This document shows positions 24,950-39,900 of a stretch of 64,000 bases of DNA, piece after piece. The first letter of the stretch is position 1; each line of letters begins with the position of its first letter. A model generated the notes under the pieces. It was not told where the DNA came from, searched no databases, and worked only from the letters and a program-made list of their open reading frames with translations. The stretch is from Eledone cirrhosa (Eukaryota). Location of the stretch: assembly GCA_964016885.1 (NCBI GenBank), contig OZ024745.1:59272001-59336000 (forward strand), read 5' to 3'. Position numbers and translations under genes: made by a program.

Positions 24950-27900
24950 TTCGACTTGGAGTGTAATCTGCGGCTTGGAGTGTAATCTGCGGCTTGGTGT
25001 GTAAACTTCGACTTGGTGTGTAAACTTCGACTTGGTGTGTAAACTTCGACTTGGTGTGTAAACTTCGACTTGGTGTGTAAACTTCGACTTGGAGTGTAAA
25101 CTTCGACTTGGAGTGTAAACTTCGACTTGGTGTGTAAACTTCGACTTGGAGTGTAAACTTCGACTTGGAGTGTAAACTTCGACTTGGAGTGTAAACTTCG
25201 ACTTGGTGTGTAAACTTCGACTTGGAGTGTAAACTTCGACTTGGTGTGTAAACTTCAACTTGGAGTGTAAACTTCAACTTGGAGTGTAAACTTCAACTTG
25301 GAGTGTAAACTTCAACTTGGAGTGTAAACTTCAACTTGGCGTGTAATGTACGACTTGGTATGTAATGTACGACTTGGTGTGTACAGAGTGGAGTGTAAAC
25401 TGCGACTTGGTGTGTACAACGTGGAGTGTAAACTGCGACTTGGTGTGTACAACGTGGAGTGTAAACTGCGATTTGGAATGTAAATTGCGACTTGGATTGT
25501 AAATTCCGACTTGGAGTGTAAACTGCTACTTGGAGTTTAAACTGCGACTGTGTAATGTTCGACTTGGAATGTAATGTACAACGTGGAATGTAATGTACGA
25601 CTTGGAGTGTAAACGGCGACTTGGTTCTACTTGGAGTGTAAACGGCGACTTGGTTCTACTTGGAGTGTAAACTGCTACTTGGTTCTACGTGAAGTGTAAT
25701 GATCTACCTGGAGCGTAATGATCTACTTGGAGTGTAATGTTCTACTTGGTCTGTAAACTGCGACTTGGAGTGTAATGTACGACTTGGAGTTTAAACTGCG
25801 ACTTGAAGTGTAAACTGCGACTTGGAGTGTAAACTGCGACTTGGAGTGTAAACTGCGACACGGAGTGTAAACTGCGACACGGAGTGTGAACTACAACTTG
25901 GAGTGTAATGTACAACTTTGAGTGTAAACTGCGACTTGGAATGTAATGTAAGACTTGGGGTGTAAAATGCGGCTTGGAGTATAATGTACAACTTGGAGCA
26001 TAATGTACGACTTAGAGTGTAATGTAGGACTTGGAGTGTAATGTACGACTTGGAGTGTAATGTAGGACTTGGAGTGTAAACTGCGAGTTGGAATATAAAT
26101 TGCGACTTGGATTGTAACCCTTTACTTGCAGTGTATTGAACAACTTGGGGTGTATACTGCGGCTTGGAGTGTAAACTGCGACTCCGAATATAAACTACGA
26201 CTTGCAGTGTAATATATGACTCTGAGTGTAAACTACGACTTGGAGTGTAAACTGCGACATGGAGTGTAAACTGCGACATGGAGTGTAAACTGCGACATGG
26301 AGTATAAACTGCGACTTGGAGTGTTAACTTCAGCTTGGAGTGTTGATTTCAACTTGGAGTGTTGACTTCAACTTTGAGTGTTGATTTCAACTTGGAGTGT
26401 TGACTTCAACTTGGAGTGTAGACTTCGACTTGGAGTGTAAACTTCGACTTGGAGTGTAAACTTCGACTTGGAGTGTAAACTTCGACTTGGAGTGTAGACT
26501 TCGACTTGGAGTGTAAACTACGACTTGGAGTGTAAACTTCGACTTGGAGTGTAGACTTCGACTTGGAGTGTAAACTTCGACTTGGAGTGTAAACTTCGAC
26601 TTGGAGTGTAAATTCCGACTTGGAGTGTAAACTGCTACTTGGAGTTTAAACTGCTACTGTGTAATGTTCGACTTGGAATGTAATGTACAAAGTGGAATGT
26701 AATGTACGACTTGGAGTGTAAACGGCGACTTGGTTCTACTTGGAGTGTAAACGGCGACTTGGTTCTACTTGGAGTGTAAACTGCTACTTGGTTCTACGTG
26801 AAGTGTAATGATCTACGTGAAGCGTAATGATCTACTTGGAGTGTAATGTTCTACTTGGTCTGTAAACTGCGACTTGGAGTTTAAACTGCGACTTGAAGTG
26901 TAAACTGCGACTTGGAGTGTAAACTGCGACTTGGAGTGTAATCTGCGGCTTGGAGTGTAATCTGCGGCTTGGTGTGTAAACTTCGACTTGGTGTGTAAAC
27001 TTCGACTTGGTGTGTAAACTTCGACTTGGTGTGTAAACTTCGACTTGGTGTGTAAACTTCGACTTGGAGTGTAAACTTCGACTTGGAGTGTAAACTTCGA
27101 CTTGGTGTGTAAACTTCGACTTGGAGTGTAAACTTCGACTTGGAGTGTAAACTTCGACTTGGAGTGTAAACTTCGACTTGGTGTGTAAACTTCGACTTGG
27201 AGTGTAAACTTCGACTTGGTGTGTAAACTTCAACTTGGAGTGTAAACTTCAACTTGGAGTGTAAACTTCAACTTGGAGTGTAAACTTCAACTTGGAGTGT
27301 AAACTTCAACTTGGCGTGTAATGTACGACTTGGTATGTAATGTACGACTTGGTGTGTACAGAGTGGAGTGTAAACTGCGACTTGGTGTGTACAACGTGGA
27401 GTGTAAACTGCGACTTGGTGTGTACAACGTGGAGTGTAAACTGCGATTTGGAATGTAAATTGCGACTTGGATTGTAAATTCCGACTTGGAGTGTAAACTG
27501 CTACTTGGAGTTTAAACTGCGACTGTGTAATGTTCGACTTGGAATGTAATGTACAACGTGGAATGTAATGTACGACTTGGAGTGTAAACGGCGACTTGGT
27601 TCTACTTGGAGTGTAAACGGCGACTTGGTTCTACTTGGAGTGTAAACTGCTACTTGGTTCTACGTGAAGTGTAATGATCTACCTGGAGCGTAATGATCTA
27701 CTTGGAGTGTAATGTTCTACTTGGTCTGTAAACTGCGACTTGGAGTGTAATGTACGACTTGGAGTTTAAACTGCGACTTGAAGTGTAAACTGCGACTTGG
27801 AGTGTAAACTGCGACTTGGAGTGTAAACTGCGACACGGAGTGTAAACTGCGACACGGAGTGTGAACTACAACTTGGAGTGTAATGTACAACTTTGAGTGT

Positions 27901-30900
27901 AAACTGCGACTTGGAATGTAATGTAAGACTTGGGGTGTAAAATGCGGCTTGGAGTATAATGTACAACTTGGAGCATAATGTACGACTTAGAGTGTAATGT
28001 AGGACTTGGAGTGTAAACTGCGAGTTGGAATATAAATTGCGACTTGGATTGTAACCCTTTACTTGCAGTGTATTGAACAACTTGGGGTGTATACTGCGGC
28101 TTGGAGTGTAAACTGCGACTCCGAATATAAACTACGACTTGCAGTGTAATATATGACTCTGAGTGTAAACTACGACTTGGAGTGTAAACTGCGACATGGA
28201 GTGTAAACTGCGACATGGAGTGTAAACTGCGACATGGAGTATAAACTGCGACTTGGAGTGTTAACTTCAGCTTGGAGTGTTGATTTCAACTTGGAGTGTT
28301 GACTTCAACTTTGAGTGTTGATTTCAACTTGGAGTGTTGACTTCAACTTGGAGTGTTGACTTGGACTTGGAGTGTTGACTTCAACTTGGAGTGTAGACTT
28401 CGACTTGGAGTGTAGACTTCGACTTGGAGTGTAAACTTCGACTTGGAGTGTAAACTTCGACTTGGAGTGTAGACTTCGACTTGGAGTGTAAACTTCGACT
28501 TGGAGTGTAAACTTCGACTTGGAGTGTAAATTCCGACTTGGAGTGTAAACTGCTACTTGGAGTTTAAACTGCTACTGTGTAATGTTCGACTTGGAATGTA
28601 ATGTACAAAGTGGAATGTAATGTACGACTTGGAGTGTAAACGGCGACTTGGTTCTACTTGGAGTGTAAACGGCGACTTGGTTCTACTTGGAGTGTAAACT
28701 GCTACTTGGTTCTACGTGAAGTGTAATGATCTACTTGAAGCGTAATGATCTACTTGGAGTGTAATGTTCTACTTGGTCTGTAAACTGCGACTTGGAGTTT
28801 AAACTGCGACTTGAAGTGTAAACTGCGACTTGGAGTGTAAACTGCGACTTGGAGTGTAAACTTCGACTTGGAGTGTAAACTTCGACTTGGAGTGTAAACT
28901 TCGACTTGGAGTGAAAACTTCGACTTGGAGTGAAAACTTCGACTTGGAGTGAAAACTTCGACTTGGAGTGTAATCTGCGGCTTGGAGTGTAATCTGCGGC
29001 TTGGTGTGTAAACTTCGACTTGGTGTGTAAACTTCGACTTGGTGTGTAAACTTCGACATGGTGTGTAAACTTCGACTTGGTGTGTAAACTTCGACTTGGA
29101 GTGTAAACTTCGACTTGGAGTGTAAACTTCGACTTGGTGTGTAAACTTCGACTTGGAGTGTAAACTTCGACTTGGAGTGTAAACTTCGACTTGGAGTGTA
29201 AACTTCGACTTGGTGTGTAAACTTCGACTTGGAGTGTAAACTTCGACTTGGTGTGTAAACTTCGACTTGGAGTGTAAACTTCAACTTGGAGTGTAAACTT
29301 CAACTTGGAGTGTAAACTTCAACTTGGAGTGTAAACTTCAACTTGGAGTGTAAACTTCAACTTGGAGTGTAAACTTCAACTTGGCGTGTAATGTACGACT
29401 TGGTATGTAATGTACGACTTGGTGTGTACAGAGTGGAGTGTAAACTGCGACTTGGTGTGTACAACGTGGAGTGTAAACTGCGACTTGGTGTGTACAACGT
29501 GGAGTGTAAACTGCGATTTGGAATGTAAATTGCGACTTGGATTGTAAATTCCGACTTGGAGTGTAAACTGCTACTTGGAGTTTAAACTGCGACTGTGTAA
29601 TGTTCGACTTGGAATGTAATGTACAACGTGGAATGTAATGTACGACTTGGAGTGTAAACGGCGACTTGGTTCTACTTGGAGTGTAAACGGCGACTTGGTT
29701 CTACTTGGAGTGTAAACTGCTACTTGGTTCTACGTGAAGTGTAATGATCTACCTGGAGCGTAATGATCTACTTGGAGTGTAATGTTCTACTTGGTCTGTA
29801 AACTGCGACTTGGAGTGTAATGTACGACTTGGAGTTTAAACTGCGACTTGAAGTGTAAACTGCGACTTGGAGTGTAAACTGCGACATGGAGTGTAAACTG
29901 CGACACGGAGTGTAAACTGCGACTTGGAGTGTGAACTACAACTTGGAGTGTAATGTACAACTTTGAGTGTAAACTGCGACTTGGAATGTAATGTAAGACT
30001 TGGGGTGTAAAATGCGGCTTGGAGTATAATGTACAACTTGGAGCATAATGTACGACTTAGAGTGTAATGTAGGACTTGGAGTGTAATGTACGACTTGGAG
30101 TGTAATGTAGGACTTGGAGTGTAAACTGCGAGTTGGAATATAAATTGCGACTTGGATTGTAACCCTTTACTTGCAGTGTATTGAACAACTTGGGGTGTAT
30201 ACTGCGGCTTGGAGTGTAAACTGCGACTCCGAATATAAACTACGACTTGCAGTGTAATATATGACTCTGAGTGTAAACTACGACTTGGAGTGTAAACTGC
30301 GACATGGAGTGTAAACTGCGACATGGAGTGTAAACTGCGACATGGAGTATAAACTGCGACTTGGAGTGTTAACTTCAGCTTGGAGTGTTGATTTCAACTT
30401 GGAGTGTTGACTTCAACTTTGAGTGTTGATTTCAACTTGGAGTGTTGACTTCAACTTGGAGTGTAGACTTCGACTTGGAGTGTAAACTTCGACTTGGAGT
30501 GTAAACTTCGACTTGGAGTGTAAACTTCGACTTGGAATGTAGACTTCGACTTGGAGTGTAAACTTCGACTTGGAGTGTAAACTTCGACTTGGAGTGTAGA
30601 CTTCGACTTGGAGTGTAAACTTCGACTTGGAGTGTAAACTTCGACTTGGAGTGTAAATTCCGACTTGGAGTGTAAACTGCTACTTGGAGTTTAAACTGCT
30701 ACTGTGTAATGTTCGACTTGGAATGTAATGTACAAAGTGGAATGTAATGTACGACTTGGAGTGTAAACGGCGACTTGGTTCTACTTGGAGTGTAAACGGC
30801 GACTTGGTTCTACTTGGAGTGTAAACTGCTACTTGGTTCTACGTGAAGTGTAATGATCTACTTGAAGTGTAATGATCTACTTGGAGTGTAATGTTCTACT

Positions 30901-30950
30901 TGGTCTGTAAACTGCGACTTGGAGTTTAAACTGCGACTTGAAGTGTAAAC
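24950..30950. repeat. About 2-kb higher-order repeat, about 3 copies
   Basis: The marker CTTGGATTGTAAATTCC occurs at 25491, 27466 and 29536 (spacings 1975 and 2070). Each copy carries a GTGTTGA(T/C)TTCAAC block. Confidence 0.88.
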
Positions 30951-33900
30951 TGCGACTTGGAGTGTAAACTGCGACTTGGAGTGTAAACTGCGACTTGGAG
31001 TGTAAACTGCGACTTGGAGTGTAAACTGCGACACGGAGTGTAAACTGCGGCTTGGAGTGTAAACTGCGACTTGGAGTGTAAACTGCGACACGGAGTGTAA
31101 ACTGCGGCTTGGAGTGTAAACTGCGACACGGAGTGTAAACTGCGACACGGAGTGTAAACTGCGACACGGAGTGTGAACTACAACTTGGAGTGTAATGTAC
31201 AACTTTGAGTGTAAACTGCGACTTGGAATGTAATGTAAGACTTGGGGTGTAAAATGCGGCTTGGAGTATAATGTACAACTTGGAGCATAATGTACGACTT
31301 AGAGTGTAATGTAGGACTTAGAGTGTAATGTAGGACTTAGAGTGTAATGTAGGACTTAGAGTGTAATGTAGGACTAGGAGCATAATGTAGGACTTGGAGT
31401 GTAATGTAGGACTTGGAGTGTAATGTAGGACTTGGAGTGTAAACTGCTAGTTGGATTATAAATTGCGACTTGGATTGTAAACCTTGACTTGCAGTGTATT
31501 GAACAACTTGGGGTGTATACTGCGGCTTGGAGTGTAAACTGCGGCTCCGAATATAAACTACGACTTGCAGTGTCATATATGACTCTGAGTGAAAACCTCG
31601 ACTTGTAGTGAGAACCTCGACTTGGAGTGAAAACCTCGACTTGGTGTGTAAACTGCGACTTGGAGTGTAAACTGCGACTTGGAGTGTAAACTGCGACTTG
31701 GAGTGTAAACTGCGACTTGGAGTGTAAACTGCGACTTGGAGTGTAAACCTCGACTTGGAGTGTAAACCTCGACTTGGAGTGTAAACCTCGACTTGGAGTG
31801 TAAACTGCGACTTGGAGTGTAAACTGCGACTTGGAGTGTAAACTGCGACTTGGAGTGTAAACTGCGACTTGGAGTGTAATGTACAACTTGGAGTGTAATG
31901 TACAACTTGGAGTGTAATGTACAACTTGGAGCATAATGTACGACTTAGAGTGTAATGTAGGACTTAGAGTGTAATGTAGGACTTAGAGTGTAATGTAGGA
32001 CTTAGAGTGTAATGTAGGACTTAGAGTGTAATGTAGGACTTAGAGTGTAATGTAGTACTTAGAGTGTAATGTAGGACTAGGAGCATAATGTACGACTTGG
32101 AGTGTAATGTAGGACTTGGAGTGTAATGTAGGACTTGGAGTGTAATGTAGGACTTGGAGTGTAAACTGCGAGTTGGATTATAAATTGCGACTTGGATTGT
32201 AAACCTTGACTTGCAGTGTATTGAACAACTTGGGGTGTATACTGCGGCTTGGAGTGTAAACTGCGACTCCGAATATAAACTACGACTTGCAGTGTAATAT
32301 ATGACTCTGAGTGTAAACTTCGACTTGGAGTGTAAACTTCGACTTGGAGTGTAAACTTCGACTTGGAGTGTAAACTTCGACTTGGAGTGTAAACTTCGAC
32401 TTGGAGAGTAAACTTCGACTTGGAGTGTAAACTTCGACTTGGAGTGAAAACTTCGACTTGGAGTGTAAACTTCGACTTGGAGTGTAAACTTCGACTTGGT
32501 GTGTAAACTTCAACTTGGAGTGTAAACTTCAACTTGGAGTGTAAACTTCGACTTGGAGTGTAAACTTCGACTTGGAGTGTAAACTTCGACTTGGAGAGTA
32601 AACTTCGACTTGGTGTGTAAACTTCGACTTGGTGTGTAAACTTCAACTTGGAGTGTAAACTTCAACTTGGAGTGTAAACTTCAACTTGGAGTGTAAACTT
32701 CAACTTGGAGTGTAAACTTCAACTTGGAGTGTAAACTTCAACTTGGAGTGTAAACTTCAACTTGGAGTGTAAACTTCAACTTGGAGTGTAAACTTCAACT
32801 TGGTGTGTAATGTACAACTTGGAGTGTAATGTACAACTTGGAGTGTAATGTACAACTTGGAGCATAATGTACAACTTGGAGCATAATGTACGACTTAGAG
32901 CATAATGTAGGACTTAGAGCATAATGTAGGACTTAGAGTGTAATGTAGGACTTAGAGTGTAATGTAGGACTTAGAGTGTAATGTAGGACTTAGAGTGTAA
33001 TGTAGGACTTAGAGTGTAATGTAGGACTAGGAGCATAATGTACGACTTGGAGTGTAATGTAGGACTTGGAGTGTAATGTAGGACTTGGAGTGTAATGTAG
33101 GACTTGGAGTGTAAACTGCTAGTTGGATTATAAATTGCGACTTGGATTGTAAACCTTGACTTGCAGTGTATTGAACAACTTGGGGTGTATACTGCGGCTT
33201 GGAGTGTAAACTGCGGCTCCGAATATAAACTACGACTTGCAGTGTCATATATGACTCTGAGTGAAAACCTCGACTTGGAGTGAGAACCTCGACTTGGAGT
33301 GTAAACTGCGACTTGGAGTGTAAACTGCGACTTGGAGTGTAAACTGCGACTAGGAGTGTAAACTGCGACTTGGAGTGTAATGTACAACTTGGAGTGTAAT
33401 GTACAACTTGGAGTGTAATGTACAACTGCGACTTGGAGTGTAAACCTCGACTTGGAGTGTAAACCTCGACTTGGAGTGTAAACCTCGACTTGGAGTGTAA
33501 ACTGCGACTTGGAGTGTAAACTGCGACTTGGAGTGTAATGTACAACTTGGAGTGTAATGTACAACTTGGAGTGTAATGTACAACTTTGAGCATAATGTAC
33601 GACTTAGAGTGTAATGTAGGACTTAGAGTGTAATGTAGGACTAGGAGCATAATGTACGACTTGGAGTGTAATGTAGGACTTAGAGTGTAATGTAGGACTA
33701 GGAGCATAATGTAGGACTAGGAGCATAATGTAGGACTTGGAGTGTAATGTAAGACTTGGAGTGTAATGTAGGACTTGGAGTGTAAACTGCGAGTTGGATT
33801 ATAAATTGCGACTTGGATTGTAAACCTTGACTTGCAGTGTATTGAACAACTTGGGGTGTATACTGCGGCTTGGAGTGTAAACTGCGGCTCCGAATATAAA

Positions 33901-36900
33901 CAACGATTTGCAGTGTAATATATGACTCTGAGTGTAAACTTCGACTTGGAGTGTAAACTTCGACTTGGAGTGTAAACTTCGACTTGGAGTGTAAACTTCG
34001 ACTTGGAGTGTAAACTTCGACTTGGAGTGAAAACTTCGACTTGGAGTGTAAACTTCGACTTGGTGTGTAAACTTCAACTTGGAGTGTAAACTTCAACTTG
34101 GAGTGTAAACTTCAACTTGGAGTGTAAACTTCAACTTGGAGTGTAAACTTCAACTTGGAGTGTAAACTTCAACTTGTAGTGTAAACTTCAACTTAGAGTG
34201 TAAACTTCAACTTGGAGTGTAAACTTCAACTTGGTGTGTAATGTACAACTTGGAGTGTAATGTACAACTTGGAGTGTAATGTACAACTTGGAGCATAATG
34301 TACAACTTGGAGCATAATGTACGACTTAGAGCATAATGTAGGACTTAGAGTGTAATGTAGGACTTAGAGTGTAATGTAGGTCTTAGAGTGTAATGTAGGA
34401 CTTAGAGTGTAATGTAGGACTTAGAGTGTAATGTAGGACTTAGAGTGTAATGTAGGACTAGGAGCATAATGTACGACTTGGAGTGTAATGTAGGACTTGG
34501 AGTGTAATGTAGGACTTGGAGTGTAATGTAGGACTTGGAGTGTAATGTAGGACTTGGAGTGTAATGTAGGACTTGGAGTGTAAACTGCGAGTTGGATTAT
34601 AAATTGCGACTTGGATTGTAAACCTTGACTTGCAGTGTATTGAACAACTTGGGGTGTATACTGCGGCTTGGAGTGTAAACTGCGGCTACGAATATAAACT
34701 ACGACTTCCAGTGTCATATATGACTCTGAGTGAAAACCTCGACTTGGAGTGAGAACCTCGACTTGGAGTGAAAACCTCGACTTGGAGTGAAAACCTCGAC
34801 TTGGAGTGAAAACCTCGACTTGGAGTGAAAACCTCGACTTGGAGTGAGAACCTCGACTTGGAGTGTAAACTGCGACTTGGAGTGTAAACTGCGACTTGGA
34901 GTGTAAACTTCGACTTGGAGTGTAAACTGCGACTTGGAGTGTAAAGTGCGACTTGGAGTGTAAACCTCGACTTGGAGTGTAAACCTCGACTTGGAGTGTA
35001 AACCTCGACTTGGAGTGTAAACCTCGACTTGGAGTGTAAACTGCGACTTGGAGTGTAATGTACAACTTGGAGTGTAATGTACAACTTGGAGTGTAATGTA
35101 CAACTTTGAGCATAATGTACGACTTAGAGTGTAATGTAGGACTTAGAGTGTAATGTAGGACTTAGAGTGTAATGTAGGACTAGGAGCATAATGTACGACT
35201 TGGAGTGTAATGTAGGACTTGGAGTGTAATGTAGGACTTGGAGTGTAAACTGCGAGTTGGACTGTAAACTGCGACTTGGAGTGTAAACTGCGACTTGGAG
35301 TGTAATGTACAACTTGGAGCATAATGTACAACTTGGAGCATAATGTACGACTTAGAGTGTAATGTAGGACTTAGAGCGTAATGTAGGACTTAGAGTGTAA
35401 TGTAGGACTTAGAGTGTAATGTAGGACTAGGAGCATAATGTAGGACTAGGAGCATAATGTAGGACTTGGAGTGTAATGTAAGACTTGGAGTGTAATGTAG
35501 GACTTGGAGTGTAAACTGCGAGTTGGATTATAAATTGCGACTTGGATTGTAAACCTTGACTTGCAGTGTATTGAACAACTTGGGGTGTATACTGCGGCTT
35601 GGAGTGTAAACTGCGGCTCCGAATATAAACAACGATTTGCAGTGTAATATATGACTCTGAGTGTAAACTTCGACTTGGAGTGTAAACTTCGACTTGGAGT
35701 GTAAACTTCGACTTGGAGTGTAAACTTCGACTTGGAGTGTAAACTTCGACTTGGAGTGTAAACTTCGACTTGGAGAGTAAACTTCGACTTGGAGTGTAAA
35801 CTTCGACTTGGAGTGAAAACTTCGACTTGGAGTGAAAACTTCGACTTGGAGTGTAAACTTCGACTTGGTGTGTAAACTTCAACTTGGAGTGTAAACTTCA
35901 ACTTGGAGTGTAAACTTCAACTTGGAGTGTAAACTTCAACTTGGAGTGTAAACTTCAACTTGGAGTGTAAACTTCAACTTGGAGTGTAAACTTCAACTTG
36001 GAGTGTAAACTTCAACTTGGTGTGTAATGTACAACTTGGAGTGTAATGTACAACTTGGAGTGTAATGTACAACTTGGAGCATAATGTACAACTTGGAGCA
36101 TAATGTAGGACTTAGAGCATAATGTAGGACTTAGAGCATAATGTAGGACTTAGAGTGTAATGTAGGTCTTAGAGTGTAATGTAGGACTTAGAGTGTAATG
36201 TAGGACTTAGAGTGTAATGTAGGACTTAGAGTGTAATGTAGGACTTGGAGTGTAATGTAGGACTTGGAGTGTAATGTACGACTTGGAGTGTAATGTAGGA
36301 CTTGGAGTGTAATGTAGGACTTGGAGTGTAAACTGCTAGTTGGATTATAAATTGCGACTTGGATTGTAAACCTTGACTTGCAGTGTATTGAACAACTTGG
36401 GGTGTATACTGCGGATTGGAGTGTAAACTGCGACTTGGAGTGTAAACTGCGACTTGGAGTGTAAACTGCGACTTGGAGTGTAAACTGCGACTTGGAGTGT
36501 AAACTGCGACTTGGAGTGTAAACTGCGACTTGGAGTGTAAACTGCGACTTGGAGTGTAAACCTCGACTTGGAGTGTAAACCTCGACTTGGAGTGTAAACT
36601 GCGACTTGGAGTGTAAACCTCGACTTGGAGTGTAATGTACAACTTGGAGTGTAATGTACAACTTGGAGTGTAATGTACAACTTGGAGCATAATGTACGAC
36701 TTAGAGTGTAATGTAGGACTTAGAGTGTAATGTAGGACTTAGAGTGTAATGTAGGACTTAGAGTGTAATGTAGGACTTAGAGTGTAATGTAGGACTAGGA
36801 GCATAATGTACGACTTGGAGTGTAATGTAGGACTTGGAGTGTAATGTAGGACTTGGAGTGTAATGTAGGACTTGGAGTGTAAACTGCGAGTTGGAGTGTA

Positions 36901-39900
36901 AACTGCGACTTGGAGTGTAAACTGCGACTTGGAGTGTAAACTGCGACTTGGAGTGTAAACCTCGACTTGGAGTGTAAACCTCGACTTGGAGTGTAAACCT
37001 CGACTTGGAGTGTAAACTGCGACTTGGAGTGTAATGTACAACTTGGAGTGTAATGTACAACTTGGAGTGTAATGTACAACTTGGAGCATAATGTACGACT
37101 TGGAGCATAATGTACGACTTAGAGTGTAATGTAGGACTCAGAGTGTAATGTAGGACTTAGAGTGTAATGTAGGACTAGGAGCATAATGTAGGACTAGGAG
37201 CATAATGTAGGACTTGGAGTGTAATGTAGGACTTGGAGTGTAATGTAAGACTTGGAGTGTAATGTAGGACTTGGAGTGTAATGTAAGACTTGGAGTGTAA
37301 TGTAGGACTTGGAGTGTAAACTGCGAGTTGGATTATAAATTGCGACTTGGATTGTAAACCTTGACTTGCAGTGTATTGAACAACTTGGGGTGTATACTGC
37401 GGCTTGGAGTGTAAACTGCGGCTCCGAATATAAACAACGATTTGCAGTGTAATATATGACTCTGAGTGTAAACTTCGACTTGGAGTGTAAACTTCGACTT
37501 GGAGTGTAAACTTCGACTTGGAGTGTAAACTTCGACTTGGAGTGTAAACTTCGACTTGGAGTGTAAACTTCGACTTGGAGTGAAAACTTCGACTTGGAGT
37601 GAAAACTTCGACTTGGAGTGTAAACTTCGACTTGGTGTGTAAACTTCAACTTGGAGTGTAAACTTCAACTTGGAGTGTAAACTTCAACTTGGAGTGTAAA
37701 CTTCAACTTGGAGTGTAAACTTCAACTTGGAGTGTAAACTTCAACTTAGAGTGTAAACTTCAACTTGGAGTGTAAACTTCAACTTGGTGTGTAATGTACA
37801 ACTTGGAGTGTAATGTACAACTTGGAGTGTAATGTACAACTTGGAGCATAATGTACAACTTGGAGCATAATGTAGGACTTAGAGCATAATGTAGGACTTA
37901 GAGCATAATGTAGGACTTAGAGTGTAATGTAGGTCTTAGAGTGTAATGTAGGACTTAGAGTGTAATGTAGGACTTAGAGTGTAATGTAGGACTTGGAGTG
38001 TAATGTAGGACTTGGAGTGTAATGTACGACTTGGAGTGTAATGTAGGACTTGGAGTGTAATGTAGGACTTGGAGTGTAAACTGCGAGTTGAAATATAAAT
38101 TGCGACTTGGATTGTAAACCTTGACTTGCAGTGTATTGAACAACTTGGGGTGTATACTGCGGCTTGGAGTGTAAACTGCGGCTCCGAATATAAACTACGA
38201 CTTGCAGTGTCATATATGACTCTGAGTGAAAACCTCGACTTGGAGTGAGAACATCGACTTGGAGTGAAAACCTCGACTTGGAGTGTAAACTGCGACTTGG
38301 AGTGTAAACTGCGACTTGGAGTGTAAACTGCGACTTGGAGTGTAAACCGCGACTTGGAGTGTAAACTGCGACTTGGAGTGTAAACCTCGACTTGGAGTGT
38401 AAACCTCGACTTGGAGTGTAAACCTCGACTTGGAGTGTAAACTGCGACTTGGAGTGTAAACTGCGACTTGGAGTGTAACGTACAACTTGGAGTGTAATGT
38501 ACAACTTGGAGTGTAATGTACAACTTGGAGCATAATGTAGGACTTAGAGCATAATGTAGGACTTAGAGTGTAATGTAGGACTTAGAGTGTAATGTAGGAC
38601 TTAGAGTGTAATGTAGGACTTGGAGTGTAATGTAGGACTTGGAGTGTAATGTAGGACTTGGAGTGTAATGTAGGACTTGGAGTGTAATGTAGGACTTGGA
38701 GTGTAATGTAGGACTTGGAGTGTAATGTAGGACTTGGAGTGTAATGTAGGACTTGGAGTGTAATGTAGGACTTGGAGTGTAATGTAGGACTTGGAGTGTA
38801 ATGTAGGACTTGGAGTGTAATGTAGGACTTGGAGTGTAATGTAGGACTTGGAGTGTAATGTAGGACTTGGAGTGTAATGTAGGACTTGGAGTGTAATGTA
38901 GGACTTGGAGTGTAATGTAGGACTTGGAGTGTAATGTAGGACTTGGAGTGTAATGTACGACTTGGAGTGTAATGTAGGACTTGGAGTGTAATGTAGGACT
39001 TGGAGTGTAATGTAGGACTTGGAGTGTAAACTGCGAGTTGGATTATAAATTGCGACTTGGATTGTAAACCTTGACTTGCAGTGAATTGAACAACTTGGGG
39101 TGTATACTGCGGCTTGGAGTGTAAACTGCGGCTCCGAATATAAACTACGACTTGCAGTGTCATATATGACTCTGAGTGAAAACCTCGACTTGGAGTGAAA
39201 ACCTCGACTTGGAGTGAGAACCTCGACTTGGAGTGAGAACCTCGACTTGGAGTGAGAACCTCGACTTGGAGTGAGAACCTCGACTTGGAGTGAGAACCTC
39301 GACTTAGAGTGAGAACCTCGACTTGGAGTGAAAACCTCGACTTGGAGTGAAAACCTCGACTTTGAGTGTAAACCGCGACTTGGAGTGAAAACCTCGACTT
39401 GGAGTGAGAACCTCGACTTGGAGTGGAAACCTCGACTTGGAGTGAAAACCTCGACTTGGAGTGAGAACCTCGACTTGGAGTGAAAACCTCGACTTGGAGT
39501 GAAAATCTCGACTTGGAGTGAAAACCTCGACTTGGAGTGAGAACCTCGACTTGGAGTGTAATGTACAACTTGGAGTGTAATGTACAACTTGGAGTGTAAT
39601 GTACGACTTAGAGTGTAATGTAGGACTTAGAGTGTAATGTAGGACTTAGAGTGTAATGTAGGACTTAGAGTGTAATGTAGGACTTAGAGTGTAATGTAGG
39701 ACTTGGAGTGTAATGTAGGACTTGGAGTGTAATGTAGGACTTGGAGTGTAATGTAGGACTTGGAGTGTAAACTGCTAGTTGGATTATAAATTGCGACTTG
39801 GTTTGTAAACCTTGACTTGCAGTGTATTGAACAACTTGGGGTGTATACTGCGGCTTGGAGTGTAAACTGCGGCTCCGAATATAAACTACGACTTGCAGTG

